From Auanema rhodensis (taxonomy: Eukaryota; Animalia; Nematoda): a DNA stretch of 64,000 nucleotides. The stretch spans positions 14,260,001-14,324,000 of the forward strand of contig OZ059895.1 of the NCBI GenBank assembly GCA_964057225.1, read 5' to 3'. The position numbers and the translations under genes were made by a program. This document shows positions 1 through 16,754 of this stretch, in pieces. Under the pieces are notes generated by a model. It was not told the DNA's origin. It searched no databases and saw only the letters and a program-made list of their open reading frames with translations. Position 1 is the stretch's first letter, and every line of letters begins with the position of its first letter.

Positions 1-549
1 TGCAAAGTTTGTGTACGATACTCCGAAATGCTAGAAATTTCTATTTTCCAATAATGAGATAAGCTTCATGTCCTTTTATATTATATTTACATTTTACTTA
101 ACTGCCGTAAGAGAAAGCAGTGAAAAAATAAATCGATTATATTCGGAAAAAAAAGAATTATATTTTAAAATATGACAAAATAAATTCATTTCAGCGTTCT
201 CACAACAACAATTGAATATGATACAAATAATGTAACCATAAAGTCAGTAAAGAAAAGTTAAAACATCATGACACACATTTTCAACACTCGGTAGAACATC
301 TAATTAGGGATAATAATTAATCTTGATTAAACTAAAGATATGAAAGAGAGGTGGTCGTTGCAGTTGTGTACATATATAGAATTTAAATATCAATGTAATT
401 TTATATGATATTGTTTTTTACATACTTTTATGGTAAATAATGTTAAAAAAACTGAACAGAGTGTTTGTGGATAACTATAAGTTGTATATACCACATAAAA
501 CATGGGTGGGTGATAATAGCCAACTGTGAAATAAAAGCAAAAAAAAAAT

Positions 550-3683
<3,134 letters not shown>

Positions 3684-5508
3684 TTAATTCTGAATAGAAA
3701 TTAATTATACATTATAATTGAAACGGATTAAACGAGTGAGGATAATATTATCTAAATGATGAGAATGATGACAAAACTTTTGTGAAATAGTGTAAATAGA
3801 TGGAATAAACATTAAAATTCGGCTCTGACAGTCAACTATCCACATGGTGAGAAAAAGGAAACTTTAAACTGTTTAGCATTTCAAGTTCACACTATATGAG
3901 AAAGATGATTAGTAATTGATATACTTTAGCTATTAAATTTTAAAATTTGCAGGATTAAACTAATAAATTTACATACAAGTGATGCGTATATACTTAGGTT
4001 ATAGAGTATTCTGTGAATAGAACTAAATAATAAGTGAATAAATTATATCTAAATTGATAGACCTGGTAAAAGAGAGAAGACTACGTGACCATGAAACATA
4101 CTGTATATTTGGAGCGCGGTTAATTCCAGCCGATACAAGAAGATTTGTTTTCAACATGATGTGGGAAATTCTTGGAACATTTCTAAGTTTCCTTGCTTTT
4201 TTTTTTGTTTTTCATTGTTTATGCTATTTGTACTACGTTTGTTTATAAATATTATAACAATTTTGCAAGCATTCTATTAATTTATTATAGCTATTTTTTC
4301 GATTCGTTCAGTGCGGAACACAGAATTATGTAAAAACAAACAATGACGTATGACTAATAGTTTGTATAAAACTGAGAACAAACCTGTTTTCATTGTTGCC
4401 ATACAGTCCACTTTAATTTGTGTCATAATGCCATATAGAAAATACTGATCTTTTTTGTTATTGCATTTATCACGTTTAAATCAAACTTTCTGTTTTCATA
4501 TAGCCAACTAAGTTACTCAATTTTTCGCTTTTTTTTATTTGTTCATTATTTAATCATATGATTTATCATAAACAAAGGTTATTTACATCTATATTCGTTT
4601 ACCTTATGATACGATTCATCTAAGTATTTTTACTTTTTCACTTAAGCTCACTCTCTATTTGTTGCCCTTTTAAGAATTTTCGTTAGTTGCTACAACTTTT
4701 TAATATCTAATATTAATACGATAAGAATAGAGTGAATGGGCTCATAATGCCATGTGTCTTTCCCTCCTCTGCTGACCTCGATATATTAGTTATGTCTAGG
4801 TCAGTAAAGAGGTTAAACTGGCGTCTTTTTTCGTCAATACTACTTTGTTTTTAGTCGCATTTTTCACTTTGTCAAATAAGCATTTTCTTTTTTATTTTTG
4901 TGAAAATATTCTATTCTACTTACCTCCCTCAAAATTGTACATGTGTAATTTTAGCTTCATCTACGAATACAACAAATAAATAATGTTCTAAATGACTGGA
5001 CATCAATTTTTATTGATAATTAAGAAAAGCAATAATATTTTTAAAATACTCTGTGTGATTATATATTTCAATCAATTTTACAGTTAATATATTAAATATA
5101 CTCTTTATATATATATCATAAGTAGTTTTTGATATTTGAACTTTCGTCTTGTAAAGAACTTGACTTCTTTAATGTTAGCCCATTCTTGGTGAGCGGCGTT
5201 TTTACGGGAACGCCCACCTAATTTCCATTTTTCAAATGTTCCTTCGATCGATTTTTCTTCATAATTATTTGTACTCATTCCCTCTTGAACCAGTTGGAAG
5301 ATATATAAAGTCCCTGCTCTTTGGATGGGAACATCTGTTCCACCCTCCCGGGCGTGTTGTTTGTCGAATGGTTCCTTTATCGATCTCTCGGCGTCAGCGC
5401 GTGTTGCGTTCCATCCAGAGCACGCTCGTACAGCTAGCGCTTTTATTTTTGTCTGCTTTTCGTTTTTTTCAGTCTTCTTCTTAATTTTCTTTTTTAGTCT
5501 AACCGAAA

Positions 5509-8251
5509 ATGACTGAGGAAAATATTATCGAGGGAGATCTTACTATTGATGCTAAACCAGATGGTGAAGCAGTTCTTACCAACGATACCGAAAAGAACGT
5601 CCCTGAAGACTCCGATGCTATTAACACTGATGATTTAGAAATGAAGGATGAGGTAAATTTATTGATATATTCTCTTTCTTTGCATTGTTCTTGTAATTTT
5701 GCCCATTAGATTCCCAAACTTCAGGCAAGTGGTGATGATCTAGCTGAGCCCAAAGTTGAATGTGATGAGGCTTCTGAAGAGGTTTTTATTTTTAATCAAA
5801 ACCGAAAAGTAAATTTCTTGATTTTCAGAAAGTTGAAGGCGAAGAATCAGTTCCCAGCGAGCCTCAAAAGATAGCTTGCAAAGTCGCTCGAATCCCCAAA
5901 AAAATTTTTGAGTATATGATGCGTTTTGAAGAAGACGACATTATCAGAGTAAATGTAACTCAACTCCGTGTTTGGATATCTACTGAGTTGTTCCATTTGG
6001 CTAAGAGAGTGCCCGATTCTACCGTCTGGGATACTGAGGAGTGTCCCATCTTAGGATTAGATGTTCCTAAGAACGCTGCTTATGATATTTTTGTGAGGTA
6101 CGGCTTCATACTCATTTGTCAGTTTTTTAATATTCTATTTTTCAGATCATTCTTGAATGAAAACATCGAGAAAGAAGAGAAGAGAATTGAAACTGATAGA
6201 GAAGTGAGTTTTTAGTTTAGGGAACTTTCTAATCATATTTTTCAGACCAGAAAGAAGTTGCCCAGCAACTTCTCACTTCTTAGCAAGAAGCAAAAACGAC
6301 GCGTTATCGCCCAGCTAACTAATGAGGTTAATATATTTTTCTAAAATTTGGTTAAAACTAGGTTCTTCAGATTAATAAAAGTAAGGGAGAACCAACTGAA
6401 AATACTGAGAAGGAAGGCGGTGATTCTGACGAGGTACATATTTTTACTATTATCTTCCAATCGTTGTCGTAGTGTTAACATATCGTTTTGTTCTGTGTTA
6501 CGCACAGTTCAAGATGATTTTCTTTTCTATTAACTTTTTTTCGTGAACCAGCTCTACAGTCTCGAATATGACAATCGCTTTGGAGATATTTCTTCTCAGC
6601 GTATTGTCATATCAACAGCGAGGCTTAGCGACAGAAGATTCTCTTCTGTATTTATTGCTCCTATTGGTAAAACTTTACGTGCATTTGGCTTAAATGCCTT
6701 TGTGTCTGTTTGTTTGCCAGTTTTAGAAGGAACCTTCTGCTCTCTAATGTAAACTGTTGAGACTTCGTAGCGTTCACAAACGCTAGTTCCATTTTCCTTT
6801 TGGAATCTGGCCCACCAAAAGCTATGAATGGCTGCTAAGGGCTTTAGATTCAGATTCAACCTGCAAAGGAGAAGAAAACTGCGAACGCAGGTTCCAACAA
6901 GTCGAATGTGGCAAATAACCGCAAGGAGCATTCTAATAAGAATATTGCCAGCCGTAAGAGGCATATTAAGTAAGTTTTGTTTTTGGCAGAGCTTTTCTAT
7001 AAGCTGCAATTGGCTAATTAATTATATTCTTTAACTAGAAGAACCTCTATGTTCTCGCTTAAGATATAGCTGAAAAATAGCCAATTCAACTTTAGTATTG
7101 AATGTTTTCAATTTTTTTTTTGATTTTTGTATCAAAAGCTGAATTAATTAGTTTTTGTTCATAATCAGTATTACTAATTGTGCATGAGACATTTTGATAT
7201 TATGGTGTGATCCAAAAGAGATAATAGTTATCTATTAGCGCTAAAAGAATATTGGGGATTTTTCTGCGTTCCATAGCAGCCATAATCTTGTTTTTTTAGC
7301 GATTCAAATACCCGCGGAAACAAGAGAGGAAAGCCCAATCTTGTAAGGGGTGGTATGTTTTCCGCTGCCGTATTGTTGATGAAAATATAATTTTCAGCAG
7401 GAATAAAGCGAGGTTCATCTGGACCCAAGGGTGTAGTCCCACCTCCCCGAAACATGGGAGGACCAGATCGTAGAGGACAAGATCCTCAAAGAAAGGGATG
7501 GGGTCCTGGATTCAATAATCGTAACAATATGAGAAAGGACTGGGGTCCAAGTCCATGGAATAGTGGTGTCCCAATGTATTTTTAAAAATTTATATCTTCC
7601 CTAATCTCCTCTAATTAGGAACGACACCTATGGAGGTGGAATGATAAACCGCCATAACTATGAACAAAACTATGATATGGATAGCCAAAGGTTCTCTGCT
7701 TTTAATAATGGTGGCTTAAGACAAGGTTTCGAATCATTCGATAGGTTCGTGTTCTGTTTTTCTTTTAGTATTTTAGACTTTTCTCTTTTTTAGATCACAA
7801 TCTCCATCAATGAATAGATTTGGAAATTTCCCACAATTCAATTCTACTCAAAAAAATGGTTTGTTTTGTTTTGAGCTTGGTTTATCAGTAGTAATTGTTT
7901 ACAGAAAGTGGTGGGCGCTTTATGGACGATAAGTATGGTGGCTACAACACCGGAATGGAAATGATGAATAATAAGTAAACTTTTCCAATTTTTGCTGCCT
8001 TGACCATTTTTTTTAGTTTCCGTGGATCACCACCTGGAAAATTCAACTCTTTCCCTGGAATGCCAAGTGGCGGTAATATGTCTAACATAGCTGGCTATGG
8101 AGCAACCAACAGTGCTACAGGAGGAGGATATGTTGGAAGTATGATGCCTTCAGGAGATGCCTATGCAAGCTTCCTTAACGGTTATAATAATTCAGACAGA
8201 GACCGCAACGATGATTCACGATTCAATGCTCGTAGACATGATCGTCGTTAA
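5509..8251 (+). CDS. Uncharacterised protein: acidic N-terminus, small folded domain, basic linker and Gly/Asn/Met/aromatic low-complexity C-terminus
   Basis: ATG at 5509 after TTTTTAG; consecutive in-frame exons (e.g. ACKVARIPKKIFEYMMRFEEDDIIRVNVTQLRVW, RKGWGPGFNNRNNMRKDWGPSPW, ending ARRHDRR*); AATAAA near 8458. Confidence 0.8.
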
Positions 8252-8808
8252 CTTTGTAATTTGCACAAGCTTAAGATGTTTCGTCTTGAAATCTACTGAA
8301 TGTTGATGATCCCTTATCCATGTTTGTATTTTTGCGGTAGATAGCTGGATCTCTCTTACAAACGTATTAATTAATCTTGTTCCTTAACAAAAATATTTAA
8401 GGGTCTTGTTTAGATATATTTGTACATGATTTCCACCAGCATCGTCTTCAATGAAGAAATAAACTTTAATATATTTTTATTTGCTTTTAGCCAACGTTAT
8501 GTACAACACAAAAATTTTTTTTGAAAATTACGAGGCACTTTGAAGTCATGAGTTTTTTGCATGAACAAATGCAAGAGATATGACAAGGTTATGAGTTGAC
8601 GAGGTGAAAAGTGAGCAAGATATAAAGCTTATGAAGAAAAAAGTCACAAGCTTTCATTTGAGTAAGAGAAGGAAAAGAGAATTCGTAAATAATTTAGAAT
8701 AAAAAAGGAAGTATAGCTGGACCTCGAGGGAAAAACAAATCAATGATGCTGAGCTTTGTTTTTTTTGAAAAAATTGATCAAAGGTCAGCTTCCCAGCTAG
8801 GAATTTGT

Positions 8809-10122
8809 TTAGCATGGCATTTCGACAAGCTGAATACTTCTGCAGTAGGATTCTGGGCACTCGCGGAGGTCCATAAGATTCAGTTTCATAGGATGCTGCA
8901 AGCAAACCACCTGTACGCGACCTCGTCCCTCAAAGCCACAACTGAAGACCATTGATTATATAAAGATAGATAATAAAGCTATATATTCAATACACTTTTA
9001 AAAATTTGGGAAAACTTGCCGTTTACAAATTATGTGACCATCAGGTCTCTTGCAAATACATTGTTCTTTGCCTCCTTCTAAAGCTTGAGAGCAGAATGGA
9101 TTTGGACGAGTCACAGGTGGTTTAGAGGTAATGGTAGTCTTCAAATATCATTTAGTTGGTGTACGTACGAAATTTTTTCATATCCATACCTGTGTCTTAG
9201 GAGATGTAATTAGAGATGCTGTAGCAGATACCGGAGAATTTCTTGTTTTTTGGCGATTTTCCTGAAAAAAAGAAAACATTTTGTCGGAATTTAAACAGCT
9301 TGGAAACACGTTTGTTTATACAATCCTCTGGTTCGTTCAAAAATATGAAGAACAAGGAATTACCTTTGTTGTGTCAGTGTTATTGTGACTCTCTTTACCG
9401 GTCACAGGCTTTGATTTTCGCCGGTTCTGAAAAGATTGAAATGGATTATTTACAAAACAGAATAGTGAAAGGCAAGATGTCTTACCTCCGAATTTGGCTG
9501 TGAATTCTGCTGTTGCTCTCGAGGAGAGCTTGATTTTCTTGCAACATTATTTGACTGATTTTTACAGTTATTATTATTATTATTGGTATTGTTGTTATTA
9601 TTTGAGTTCTTATTGCCTCGGTTAGAGCTGTTTGTCGTCTCCTTGCTTGGAGACTTCGAAGCGGGAACAGGCGCCGCCGGCTTCACGACAGGTTCGCGAG
9701 ATTCCTGTAAACAGATCACACAATGAAACTTCTTTCTTTTCTCCTTTTTTCACTGTGAAACAGCTATGTTCTTTCCTATATTCTAACTCTTTTAGAAGTG
9801 AGTGATTGAAACCGTTAAAAAATCGATAATTAAAGAATATAATCTAATTAGCATAGAGAACCACCTCCTTCAAGCTAATGATTGGTTATCATTCTTAATT
9901 TTGCACTTATTACAACCGGTTGCATGTACATTTGAAATAACAAAAAACAATAAAAGTTCAAGTTTCAATAAATATGTTTTAGGAAAGCAGTTAGGCTGAT
10001 CAGATACCAACCTTCTCGCTTTCGGATTTAGTATTAGTTGTCGGTTGCGGGCCTCGTCCGTTCTCCAGTATTCTGCGTGGAACGTAATAAGCTTGCGTAG
10101 GTCGCTGATGGCTGAAACGCAT
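8809..10122 (-). CDS. Protein with a disordered Asn/Ser/Lys-rich middle and a C-terminal Cys/His zinc-binding domain (resembles the uncharacterised CG13380-like family); 5' end may lie further upstream
   Basis: Spliced C-terminus CICKRPDGHIICKR|CGFEGRGRVQVVCLQHPMKLNLMDLRECPESYCRSIQLVEMPC*; exon HQRPTQAYYVPRRILE; in-frame ATG at 10122 overlaps a TTTCAG acceptor. Confidence 0.75.
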
Positions 10123-13024
10123 TAATTCAAAATTGAAAATACAATCTGATGGTAAGGATATTATTAGGATTAATCTATACTATACAACAGTGGTTAGATA
10201 TATACATGTAAGTACGTAAAGAATACATACGAGATCGGGCGGGCTGGCGCTGACACATCCATTACCTACAAATACAAGTTTATACAATGATTATATGAGG
10301 CAAGTATGCGGCAATTAATCAATAAAAAGATAAGGTATGAATAAAAAGAAGTACAAAAGAACAGAATGAGAAGTTAATGCTGGAGACGACGATTATGACG
10401 ACGTAAGGAACAAAGATCTAACAACAGAACACAGGACACACATATGATGGTGACGACGATGAAGAAGTCGTCGACAACATTCAGCGGAAAAAGAAAATGT
10501 GAGAAAAGAGGTGAGAATACAGACAACTGGAACCAGCTGTTTGGTCGTATTAACATATGTAGATATTTGCTATGAGACATGACAACCGACTATCATCATC
10601 TCAATGCTACTTCTCACTGTTGCTATCTCCTATTTGGAATATTGACGACAAGCAAAGAACTAGCAATAGCTGAATGTTCAAAGTGGAAATTCTATCAGTT
10701 TCCAACGTCTATTCATTTTGAATTTTAAATATTAGATAGTCTCAGCTGAGTATTTATAGCTTGCGGCGCATTATAGGTTGTTTAAGAGTTGTTGGGTCGA
10801 TATCGTTTGATCGAAGAAATAATTCGCACAGTCAGGTTCTTTTGACCTTTCCGTTATTCGATGCACAGCAGGGGAGTACAAAAGCATTTCTACTAAGTAC
10901 ATTATATAATTTCTTATTTATCAAATATATAAAATGGCTTCAAATAAATAGTTCTGAACAGAACGATAATCTCAAACATTCACTGTTTCATTTCTTTTTT
11001 TTTTTCGGATGACGAAATTTGATGAAAAAAAAAAAGATCGGCAAGTAGAAAAAACAGAGAAAACTGTAGGAATGATAATCCTTTATCTTATTACTTTATT
11101 GATTGAGCAGAGTTCACAAAAAAAATCAGTGATCGTATGGAAAAAGAATGGAATGAGGCATAGACACAGAAGACTAAAATGAAAGAGTAAAACAGACTAA
11201 AAATAAATAATTTTTCCTTCTTTTCTATTTTATTTTTATTGATTATATATATATATTCTGTTTAGTATATCATATTAATATTTAACAGCAGAAAAAAAAA
11301 CAGAAAAAATCGAATAAATCAATGGTGGAATCTAATGTAGAGACGATGTATGATTGCAGCAGCATACAAACATATGATGATGCTATTTGCATTGGCATAA
11401 AGCTTTACATTTGAAATACATATGATTTCTTGAGAAACATGAATATAATAAGTAAAATTATAAGTTAAAATAGCTCAAGTTGGAACAATCTTATTAGGTA
11501 TAACAGCTTAATAGGGCCTATTTTTGTGAAAAGCTGTTGTAAGTGAAACGACAATGAACGTTAAAGATAGAAACGATGGTAAGGTCTGATAAGATTGAAG
11601 GATATGATAGTTCTTCAATAGATTGATAATAGAAATAATGATAAAAGAGGTATTTATGTATTTAAAAGTAAAAAAAAACAGTTAAATTAATATATTACAT
11701 AATGGGTAAAAGGGGGGTGAAAACGAAGAAGAAGCCTGGCAAACAATTTGAAATAGTAGTCAGAAAAGTGAAGTAATAGCTAAAGGACAGAAAGAAAACT
11801 GGTAAAATGCAGTTAGAAGTAGAAAAAGACTATGAATAGAACGTTTATGAGTCATTTAGAAACGGAAAGGGCGACGAATCTGAAGACTAAAGCTGTCGTC
11901 ATCGTCTCATTATCATCAACTTTCGAGTCATTGATGACAATTATCATTTATGTTTTGGTTAACAACCGTTTAAGAATAATATTGCTAGCTGGAAAACATT
12001 AGATTGTTTAATAACAGTTGAATAATAAGTTGAATTGAAAAAAATAATTGAAAGTTCAAGCTGAGGTAAACTGAGATTTCTGAGTAAATCTAGTTAGTTA
12101 GATAGCTACGTACCTGAAGTTGAAGAGGTTATACTACACTTGAAGAAAATAAATGAAAAAACACGTGAATTGTGTATATAAGCAAATAAATAGTTAATAT
12201 TCAGTTAAAATGTTGAAAATAGTTTGAAATGTATGAAAGTATATCGGAAAAATCAGGTGCAAGAAGACCAATAGGAGAGTCCTGAAGACATTTCTCAACT
12301 ACGAAAAATGATCAGGAGACATACATCATGCAGCTAGATGGTTTTACGTGGTTGGAACTATTACCAACTGTCTCGTTTTGATCAGATAGGGACGAGACAG
12401 CATGATCTTAAAAATGAAACTAAACCATCCTTCTAGCCATCAGATATAGGCGAGATTTCGAGGGCAACTGTGTCATGTTCAATTGGTTGCTCTGAACTTT
12501 CAGCAGACCGACATCAAAAAAACTGTGAAGAAACAACATTTTGGATTGTAATCCGTGAAGAGAATCAGATTATATAAGAGTTTGTGTTATGCAATTGAAA
12601 TAGATAGATATTCACGAAAAAAACAACAAGGGAACTGTTTTCTCAATTGGGAAATGAGGGAAAATGAGGATAATATCATGACAGATGGTTAAATTTAAGA
12701 AAAAAACAGTTGAATTCCAAGAAGGCCTATGTAAAAGTACCAAAAACAAACTATTTCATACATATAGCTAGTATAATTAGGGATCGGAGTGATGTATATT
12801 GTCGAAAGTCATACATATAAATGACTTGATTGTCAATCCATCGACAAATCAATTAATATCGTTAAAGGAGACACAGAAAATAGAGAGAAATCATAAAAAG
12901 GACATGACCGTCAAGGGTATTCTGATGTCTTGATATCGGACGCCATATAGGCGATCAAAAAAAATAAAAACGATTGGGAAAGAAGTAAAAAGGGATAAAG
13001 AGATTAAACGAAGTAGAAGACAAC

Positions 13025-13066
13025 GATGACGATGACGATGACGATGATGATGATGATGATGATGAT
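13025..13066. repeat. (GATGAC)n/(GAT)n microsatellite
   Basis: Read directly from sequence. Confidence 0.9.
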
Positions 13067-13381
13067 AAGAGAGGTAGAACGGTGAGAGGAGAGTATAATA
13101 ATGGAAATATGAGAAGAAAACTCTATGTGAACGGAATGAAAAGAATGATTGTTAAGTAATGAAGCCAGATCTTAATAAGTATTACAGATAATCGAATCTC
13201 AGCATCTTTTCTTCATCAATTATCGAGCGCATGTCTGATGGCTGCAGACTAGCATGTTCAAGATGAAAGTAAAGTATAGAAAATAGAAGAATCAGTTATT
13301 CTTCGAAGAGCTAAATGATGATACGAAGATGAATGATAATTACAAGATATGCTTCCAGTGCATGTTGAACGAAAAATTATT

Positions 13382-13384
<3 letters not shown>

Positions 13385-13420
<36 letters not shown>
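13385..13420. repeat. (AG)n microsatellite
   Basis: Read directly from sequence. Confidence 0.95.
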
Positions 13421-13425
<5 letters not shown>

Positions 13426-14144
13426 AATACTCAGAGGCGAAAATGAGAGCAGCGAATGTATGTATGTTTGTTGTGTATGATCAAATCGATGTCTCTTCTT
13501 AATGTGATTGTTAAGATTATCTCAACTATATCTACTTCACACTCAATAGAGACCACAATCACCACTAGACATATTTGATCAGGCAATTCTATAAAATCTT
13601 TAGAAAAGTCAAGAGACATCTAGCAACTACAAGCAAGTTTGTTCAAAATTCTTATTTTAATCTCATCACAGAGTTTCAATGATAAAGGTTTTGCAATTTA
13701 ATGTGAAAATGAAATGAGAGAAATAGATTGAAGAAAAGGGTTCAGGGAAAATGATGAGGATAGTTCTCAATGAAATAAAGTTCAAAAAAGCAGCATGTGA
13801 ACAGCCGTTAGTATTGAAAAATAAAGAATGAAGTTTCAAATATAATATAATATTTGAAGCATGTACTGAAAATCAATAATATTTTGGAATTTATTATGAT
13901 TAAGGAGAAGATTCTTTTTTTTTTCTAAAACGTTTAAAATGCTGGAAAAGGGTGAGAAAAGGAGGTCAAAGATGAACAGAGATCAAATGCAGTTATATAG
14001 AGAAGAAGAAGCTGAAGTTAAAGTTGGAATGTTTGACCAATCGTTGTAAAACAATAAGAAATGGAAGAACTGTCTGATGTCAGAACATTTCTGAATAGAA
14101 AAGAGAACAAGAGATAGAGACATCGGAGAGAGAAAATAAGAGAA

Positions 14145-14150
<6 letters not shown>

Positions 14151-14230
<80 letters not shown>
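14151..14230. repeat. (AG)40 microsatellite
   Basis: Read directly from sequence; explains the spurious SLSLSL ORF at 13983-14309. Confidence 0.95.
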
Positions 14231-14234
<4 letters not shown>

Positions 14235-15721
14235 AAGATAGAGAATTGAAAGAAAAGAAAAAGTTATATGTTTGAAATACTTTCTATATTTATATTTTAA
14301 ATTAGACAAAAAAAACTAAGAATAGAGCATAGTTGGAATAGATATTTCAAGACAACTAAATGGCAAATATTCAGAATATTTCAATAAAAAACCAACTACA
14401 TCGTTTATAACATTGATCAATAATAAACTTGTATATAGTTAACATATTATATTAATTATACTAACCATATATAAACATTATATATACATATATATATATG
14501 TATTAGTAATGGTATAAATTTAAATTTAAAAAACTAATTTATAGTGAGAAAACAACCGCTCTGCTCCGTCAATTTTAAGAAAAGAAGTTGTTCACGTTGA
14601 AATACACGTGAAAACCTTTCTATATTCTCTTCTTGCTATGCTAATGAGGAAAGCAAACAAGAATCTGAATTTCTGTTTCACCTAAGCAGCTTAATTGCAA
14701 AGGTTTTGCTTTTGTTTTTGAATTTCTTTGATTTTTTTTCTTTCTTTCTTCCTATTTTCTTCTTTTTTTTTCAACTTTTGTTTTATTATGGTTCATGTTT
14801 AGAGAATAGTTGTGAAAGTATTGAAATGAAGATATGATATTGATGACAAGGACAAAACTACTCGTATAAGTTGAATTCAAATGTAAAAAAAAAAGAATTT
14901 TTTATAATATAATACGATTATATTCGTTTTGGGCCACTTCACCTAAAACGTCAACGACCGCTCCTATTTTCAAGTCATGACACAGACCATTTTTATTCAG
15001 TATGTTTCTGTTTCTTTACAACCTTTTTTGGCTTTCAAAGCTGACTTACCTGAGTAAATCTTTAAGTGATATTTGTAAAATATTTCAAAAAAAAAAAAAA
15101 AAAAGGATTCTCATACCTTTTCAAATATGAAATACAGTATTATATATTTCATACAATCATTTGCATTTGATTCTAGTTTATACCAAAAAATCTTTTTAAC
15201 TATCGATACACCATGTTGCCATTTAATATTTTGAATTTTTAAAAAATAGATTTTTTACTTTTGTTTTTTCTAATATTAATACTATATTAAAAGGTTTATT
15301 TACTATTTAATTCATTTCGTTATTCAGTAAATAGTATCTATAGATATCTAATATGAATTCTATAAAAACTAGTTATGGATGTACACATATTACATGTATG
15401 TTAGTGAGTGAGTATTAGATGTTACTTTCTGACCTACTCCTTATAAAACTTTTCATCATTTCTCCTACCTTTAATTCTTATGAATTATATATACATGTAC
15501 ATAATTACTTTTCATGAATTTGTTTTGAAAAAATAAAGATTAAACGTATTATTTGAAAGATTTTGTGTTTCCATCCTGCTAATCCTCGTTTTTCATTGGC
15601 ATATTACTCTCTTTCTCTCAATATATCTTTTATTTTAGAGTTATACATTAGGTTAATAACATTTTTTTATAACATTAATATATTTATAAATAATATTTTA
15701 GATTATAAAATAAGATATAAG

Positions 15722-16475
15722 ATGACACATCGATGGAAAAAACGTTTGCTGCAGATGAGCGATGATGAGTTGGATGCCATTGCTGCCATGGCTATACCTG
15801 GTCGTCAAGTTGATAAACTTTTAAGAAATGAAAAGCAGGAAATATGTATGAAATGGTATCAACTCTTGTTCTCATATTCACTTTTCGCGTGTTTATCCAA
15901 GATTTTTACGTTTTTCTCTTTTTCGTCAGGTTATTTGCCAACGGATTGTCAATGAGTCATGAATTTACTTTGGCAATCAATGAAGATGGTGAATGCTTTG
16001 CTATACTATCGCCCAAAAGGCATTGTCAATGCTGTTCAAAAGGTTTAGCTAAATGCTACAATCCGTATAATACCATTAGTTCAGATGATAATATAGCGAG
16101 CTTGCGTTCTTTTGATAGATCGGTCATCGGCACTACTTTGACAACAACTTTGAAGGATGAAATGGATTCAGAAGCAGGTTTTTCGAAATACCACAGGGTC
16201 ACAATACAAAATGTCTTTTTAGAAAAAGCGCCGATGGAAAGTAATGCCAAAGAGATAAAGGGTATTTCAATGAATGAACTAAGAAACCACAAGATACAAC
16301 CTATACACTATCAGCCTAGGGTTGTAGAATCTGATAAGAAAGATGAGAAGCCAGGTTAGAACTTCTGTTTCAAATCCAAAAAAAAAAACATTTTAAAGAG
16401 CCGGAAGAAAGTTGTTGGAAGACGTTTTGTAGGGAATATGGTATGTGCTGTGTGAATTTGTGGTCGAACGTTTAA
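15722..16475 (+). CDS. Uncharacterised ~210-aa protein with Cys clusters (3 exons)
   Basis: MTHRWKKRLLQ...CMKW|LFANGLS...RHCQCCSK...DEKP|EPEESCWKTFCREYGMCCVNLWSNV*; in-frame GT-AG introns. Confidence 0.7.
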
Positions 16476-16754
16476 CGAACCATATGTTCAAAAGACTTTA
16501 TTGCTCATAAGAGTTTACGAGTATTTCACATTATTTCTCCTTTATATATCTAGATTCTATCTTTTCAAAATTTGTGTTGAACACATTAGAAATGCTTAAA
16601 AGCTTTATTTTGTTACGAATTAACGGCTATGAAGAATATTTGCAAATTTTGAATATTAATTTACAATTATAATTCAATAATTAATAAATTTTCAATAATT
16701 GATTATATGTAGAAGATCAAACAACTGAACCTTATAAAATTAAACTGGGAATGC

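Noticed and set aside
5302-5450. Y RNA or stem-bulge RNA
   Set aside because: It has a TATA, a TTATC and T-runs, but lacks the GGTCCG/TTGACC bulged stem that defines these families.
6434-6847. Intron-encoded telomerase RNA
   Set aside because: The sense strand lacks a template complementary to TTAGGC (CTAAGCCTAA-like); the only match, AGGCTTAG at ~6621, is in the wrong orientation, and I see no clear 3' H/ACA domain.
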